A DNA stretch of 64,000 nt from the NCBI GenBank assembly GCA_951406725.2, contig OX597821.1:99014001-99078000 (forward strand), in the 5' to 3' direction. The position numbers were made by a program, and so were the translations under genes. The stretch comes from Octopus vulgaris. Taxonomy: Eukaryota. The notes under the pieces were generated by a model, which was not told where the DNA came from, ran no database searches, and worked only from the letters and a program-made list of their open reading frames with translations. Shown here in pieces: positions 58,571 to 64,000 of the stretch (its first letter is position 1; every line of letters starts with the position of its first letter).

Positions 58571-58687
58571 TATAGTTACACATATTATACATACATATAC
58601 CATGTATGTATCTATATGAGAGCACATCTATATATATATATCACATATGTTTCACACACAATACATGTATGATATATATATATATAT

Positions 58688-58798
<111 letters not shown>

Positions 58799-58988
58799 TA
58801 TATTATATGGTGTGGAAATTGAACCGGTGTGTGTGTTCGATATTAAGGCAGTATGGCTTTCCCCAGACATAGGCGGACAAGAGTTTCAAACAATAATTAG
58901 AAGGACAGCCAAAAGAAGACGGGTCATTTTTGGCTTTCTTTCATCAGTCAAGTCCCAGAAGTCACGATATTTCGGGCAGTTATATATA

Positions 58989-59051
<63 letters not shown>

Positions 59052-59147
59052 CGGGAAGCTTTATGAAAATAAACAAAAGACGAAGGCAGGTGGAATACAA
59101 ACAAACAATTGTATTAGTATGGCGCTCAGGAATATAAATAAAACAAG

Positions 59148-59185
59148 TCTTTTACATTTCGAGCCTACGCTCTTCAACAGAAAGA
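59148..59185 (-). ncRNA. Hammerhead variant (A6U core) in a (TA)n-flanked element, 59050-59225
   Basis: TCTTT-CTGTTGA-A-GAGC-GTAG-GCTC-GAAA-TG-TA-AAAGA. Confidence 0.65.
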
Positions 59186-59306
59186 TACACAGAAAAGAAA
59201 CACGGAGAGAAACAAGGAGGGAAATATGGGTGTGTAAATGTGTGTTTGTTTATGTGCGTGCGCGCGTGCGTGTGTGTATGTTTGTGTGCATGCACGTATG
59301 TATGTG

Positions 59307-59351
<45 letters not shown>

Positions 59352-59626
59352 TGATAGTATGTTGTCAACTTAATGTGACAGTCCCATGAAAAGGAAGACT
59401 ACTACTGTTATTTAGCCCTAGGAAACAACGTTTCATGTTGGACCTGACACATTTTCTGTGTCCTTGTTTTCAAAGAGGAGACAAGCACCTCCACCCAGCA
59501 AAGTTCATCCAGAGACTAGTTTCTTCCCTTTCATGGGACTGCCATATTAAGTTGACAACATGCTATCACTTTATCGTGCTGCTACTGCATAAATCTCTCT
59601 GAGAGATTTAGAAATATATTATTTCC

Positions 59627-59717
<91 letters not shown>

Positions 59718-59779
59718 ATATATACATGCATGTATGAATATATATGTATGTACATGTGTGTATGTGTGTGTGTACGTAT

Positions 59780-59990
59780 TTGTGCTTATGTTTGTCCCCC
59801 TACCATCGCTTGATAACCGATCTTGGTGTGTTTATGCCCCTCTAACTTAGCGGTTCGGTAACAGAAATCCATAGAATAAGTACTAGGCTTACAAAGAAAA
59901 GATCCCGGGATCGATTTCTTCAACTGAAAAAACTCTTTAAGGTGGTGCTCCAGCATGGCCGCAGTCAAATGACTGGAACAAGTAAAAGAA
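59780..59990 (+). mobile_element. SINE family A, 3' half
   Basis: Family match. Confidence 0.85.
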
Positions 59991-60175
59991 GGAAATAATA
60001 TATATATATATAAAGGAAATAATATGTATATATACATACATACATACATACATACATACATACATACATACATACATACATACATACATACATACATACA
60101 TACATACATACATACATACATACATACATACACTCACACACGCAAACACTTCCGTGAATGGTATAATGCATATAT

Positions 60176-60699
<524 letters not shown>

Positions 60700-61328
60700 A
60701 TATATGCATATTTGTATACTGTTTTTTTTTTTATATATGCTTGTTTGGGAAGCAAAGACAGTGGAAACCAAAGAGTAACGTACGAAGACTTATTAAAAGC
60801 CGGCCTCCGGGAGTTGAACATATGGCAATAATGATGTTGAGTCTGCTGCTCTTGACCGGAATAAATACCGAAAAATTCTGGCCTGGAGTAAAAGGTTTTG
60901 AAGGAAACAAAGAAAAGTGTGCAAAAAACAACAAGAGATCTAATGTAAAATAGCACCTTGCTAAAGTGATCCTTCAGTAGTTGCTCAACGTTTCGAAGAC
61001 TGATTTAACTTCACATCTCGGAGATCATCTTCATACAGTTGACCCAAATGTGCGTGAATGTCATTGCACCAGATATGCTCGTATATCATGCTTGTAATAT
61101 GACATGCAAGTCTCGCGTTTCTCTAAAGACACATTTAAACATCCATAAACCGCGCAAGACAATTCTGTATCACTCGAGGTGAGACGTAGTTACACTGTTT
61201 GTAATGCAAATTTCAAATTGCTCAAAAGTCACTTACGTGCTCACGCACCAAAAACGTACATCCAACAAAAGTGGTCAAACTTTGTATAGAAGCAGAGTAT
61301 CTCTTTTCCCTCTGTTTCTGTGCCTGTT

Positions 61329-61439
<111 letters not shown>

Positions 61440-61545
61440 ATATATATATATATAAAGGGAAAGTTTACGAAAATAAACAAAAGACGAAGGCAGGTGGAGT
61501 ACAAACAAACAAATGTATTAGTATAGCGCTCAGGAATAGAAAAAG

Positions 61546-61583
61546 TCTTTTACGTTTCGAGCCTACGCTCTTCGACAGAAAGA
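61546..61583 (-). ncRNA. Hammerhead variant (A6U core) in element 61455-61672
   Basis: TCTTT-CTGTCGA-A-GAGC-GTAG-GCTC-GAAA-CG-TA-AAAGA. Confidence 0.7.
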
Positions 61584-61988
61584 TACACAGAAAAAAACAA
61601 GGAGAGAAACAAGGAGAGAAAAAAAAATGCGTGTAGGAGCTAACGATCTATCATGGCGTCCTGATTTCGGACATATATATATAAATATATATATACGTAT
61701 ATGAATATTCATATAGTTCATATGAACACACACACACATACACACAAGTAAGCATATAAATGCGAAATAAGATGAAAAAAATAGTACTCGAATACCAAAG
61801 ATAGAGTAATATACTTTTTATTAAAGCTGAAAACATTTTCACAAACTGTTATTCAGAGTTTCACGTAACGTACACGTAATATTACATATACCATCACAAT
61901 TGTTATTTTAATATCATCGTATCTGTCCGACAAACGGTAACGTGAGACTGAATAACAGTGTGAAGATTTTTTTCAGTTTTAATAAAAA

Positions 61989-62041
<53 letters not shown>

Positions 62042-62392
62042 TACGTGTACATACGTGTACATATTCATACATGCATACATTCACATAAGTATGTATGTCG
62101 ATTTTGTTATATGAGTACCCATTTGTTCAAGTAATAGTGTAATATATAGTGAATCAGCATGGGATACTGCTGAGTATTCCACAGACACGTGTATACCCTA
62201 AACAAAGTAGATTCAGTATGATACAAGTATGCGTTAGTGTTAACATTGAATTACTGCTCTAAAAGAAGCGGTCATAATTTCCGTCTCCCCAAATCCTTTC
62301 AGTAGGTGTGCACATACTCAAGCAACTGGACAGTTGCATGGAACTCACGATCTCATAGCACTGAACTGTACTTCATAATTACTCAGTCATGT

Positions 62393-62450
<58 letters not shown>

Positions 62451-62598
62451 TATACACGTGGACACATAAGTGCAAAACAAGGTGGAAAAAATAGTACTCG
62501 AATATCGAATATCAAAAGGTAGAGTAATATACATTTTTATTAAAGCTGCAAAATTTTCACAGTTCTGTCATAATTTTGCAGCTTTAATAAAAAAAAAA

Positions 62599-62629
<31 letters not shown>

Positions 62630-62634
<5 letters not shown>

Positions 62635-62707
62635 AGAGAAATGCGACTATTTGTATGGGCTGGAAAACTCGTCCAATACAAACGCATTACTCGAAACGAT
62701 CGTAAGG
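62630..62707 (+). ncRNA. 5'-truncated hammerhead with long stem II
   Basis: (TA)n-TGATGA-GAG-AAATGCG..CGCATT-A-CTC-GAAA-CGATCG-TA-AGG. Confidence 0.65.
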
Positions 62708-62792
62708 TTATGTAATACTGCTTTTCTTTGGATTGTAATATTGGAGCGCTTGGAACCTAGCATCTTCATGATTTTTTAAATGTATTGATCGT

Positions 62793-62848
<56 letters not shown>

Positions 62849-62944
62849 CGGGAAGGTTTACGAAAATAAACAAAAGATGAAAGCAGGTGGAGTACAAACA
62901 AACAAATGAATTAGTATGGCGCTCAGGAATAGAAATAGAACAAG

Positions 62945-62982
62945 TCTTTTACGTTTCGAGCCTACGCTCTTCGACAGAAAGA
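62945..62982 (-). ncRNA. Hammerhead variant (A6U core) in element 62848-63048
   Basis: Identical to the 61546-61583 motif. Confidence 0.7.
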
Positions 62983-63045
62983 TACACAGAAAAAAAACAA
63001 GTAGAGAAAAAAGTGCGTGTAGGAGCTAACGATCTATCATGGCGT

Positions 63046-63089
<44 letters not shown>

Positions 63090-63123
63090 CATACATACAT
63101 ACATACATACATACATACATACA

Positions 63124-63156
<33 letters not shown>

Positions 63157-63421
63157 CATAGGATAGAAATATAAACAGGCAAAACAACTCGGACCCTATA
63201 AGATTGTGACATATCATCAAACATGACGGTTAAGTTGTTACATGAGTATAGATCATAAAAAGAAGGACGTAATAAGTTGTGCATCACTGCTTTTAGTTAC
63301 AGCTCGAGTTAGAGTTTTAGGTAGCAAGTCAACTTTGAGCACTAACTGTGGATACCTATCATTTATTTCATCACACTTGATATTACTGAATGCTCTACAC
63401 ACACACATACATATATGCATG

Positions 63422-63475
<54 letters not shown>

Positions 63476-63516
63476 TATACACATATATATACATATATAT
63501 ATACACATATATATAC

Positions 63517-63665
<149 letters not shown>

Positions 63666-63774
63666 GGGAATATAATTCCAAAACTTACAAGGAAAAATTC
63701 AATTTAACAATTTTAAATGAAATTTCATAATATATAAAATATGTATATAATTTTTTTTTTTAAACCTCTATTAA

Positions 63775-63963
63775 AACAATTCAATAAGGAAAGATGTTAT
63801 TCACACCATATAGAAAACATATACTATACAAACCTTATTCTAAAAATCAATAAAGTGCAATAAATATTTACTATTCATTGTACTTTATCGATTTTTAGAA
63901 TAAGGTTTGTATAGTATATGTTTTCGATATGGTGTGAAGAACATCTTTCCTTATTGAATTGTT
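63775..63963. repeat. Inverted repeat with about 87-bp arms and a 15-nt loop
   Basis: 63775-63861 pairs with 63877-63963 with few mismatches. Confidence 0.92.
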
Positions 63964-64000
63964 AAATGGGGTTTTTTTCTCTAATATATATATATATATA

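Overview
This is AT-rich, microsatellite-saturated eukaryotic DNA. The SINE families present point to an octopus genome (inferred from recognised repeats, not verified). I see no intact host gene. Nearly all listed ORFs are microsatellite or SINE artefacts, or transposon relics. The window holds more than 30 tRNA-derived SINE copies from at least 4 families, decayed LINEs (two R4/Dong-like, RTE, CR1), Penelope-like elements (PLEs), DNA transposon relics (hAT, mariner, Chapaev3-like), non-autonomous Helitrons and foldback MITEs. The most notable hidden layer is about 15-20 complete or partial minimal type I hammerhead ribozyme (HHR) motifs. They sit at PLE 3' ends and in short (about 170-270 bp) non-coding elements, often foldbacks or embedded in (TA)n. 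Several have non-canonical cores: compensatory U3-A8, A6U or U4C. Many have a palindromic, loop-less stem III, which implies dimer-dependent cleavage. A perfect RFX X-box followed by a splice donor (28.9-29.0 kb) is the only hint of a host promoter or first exon.
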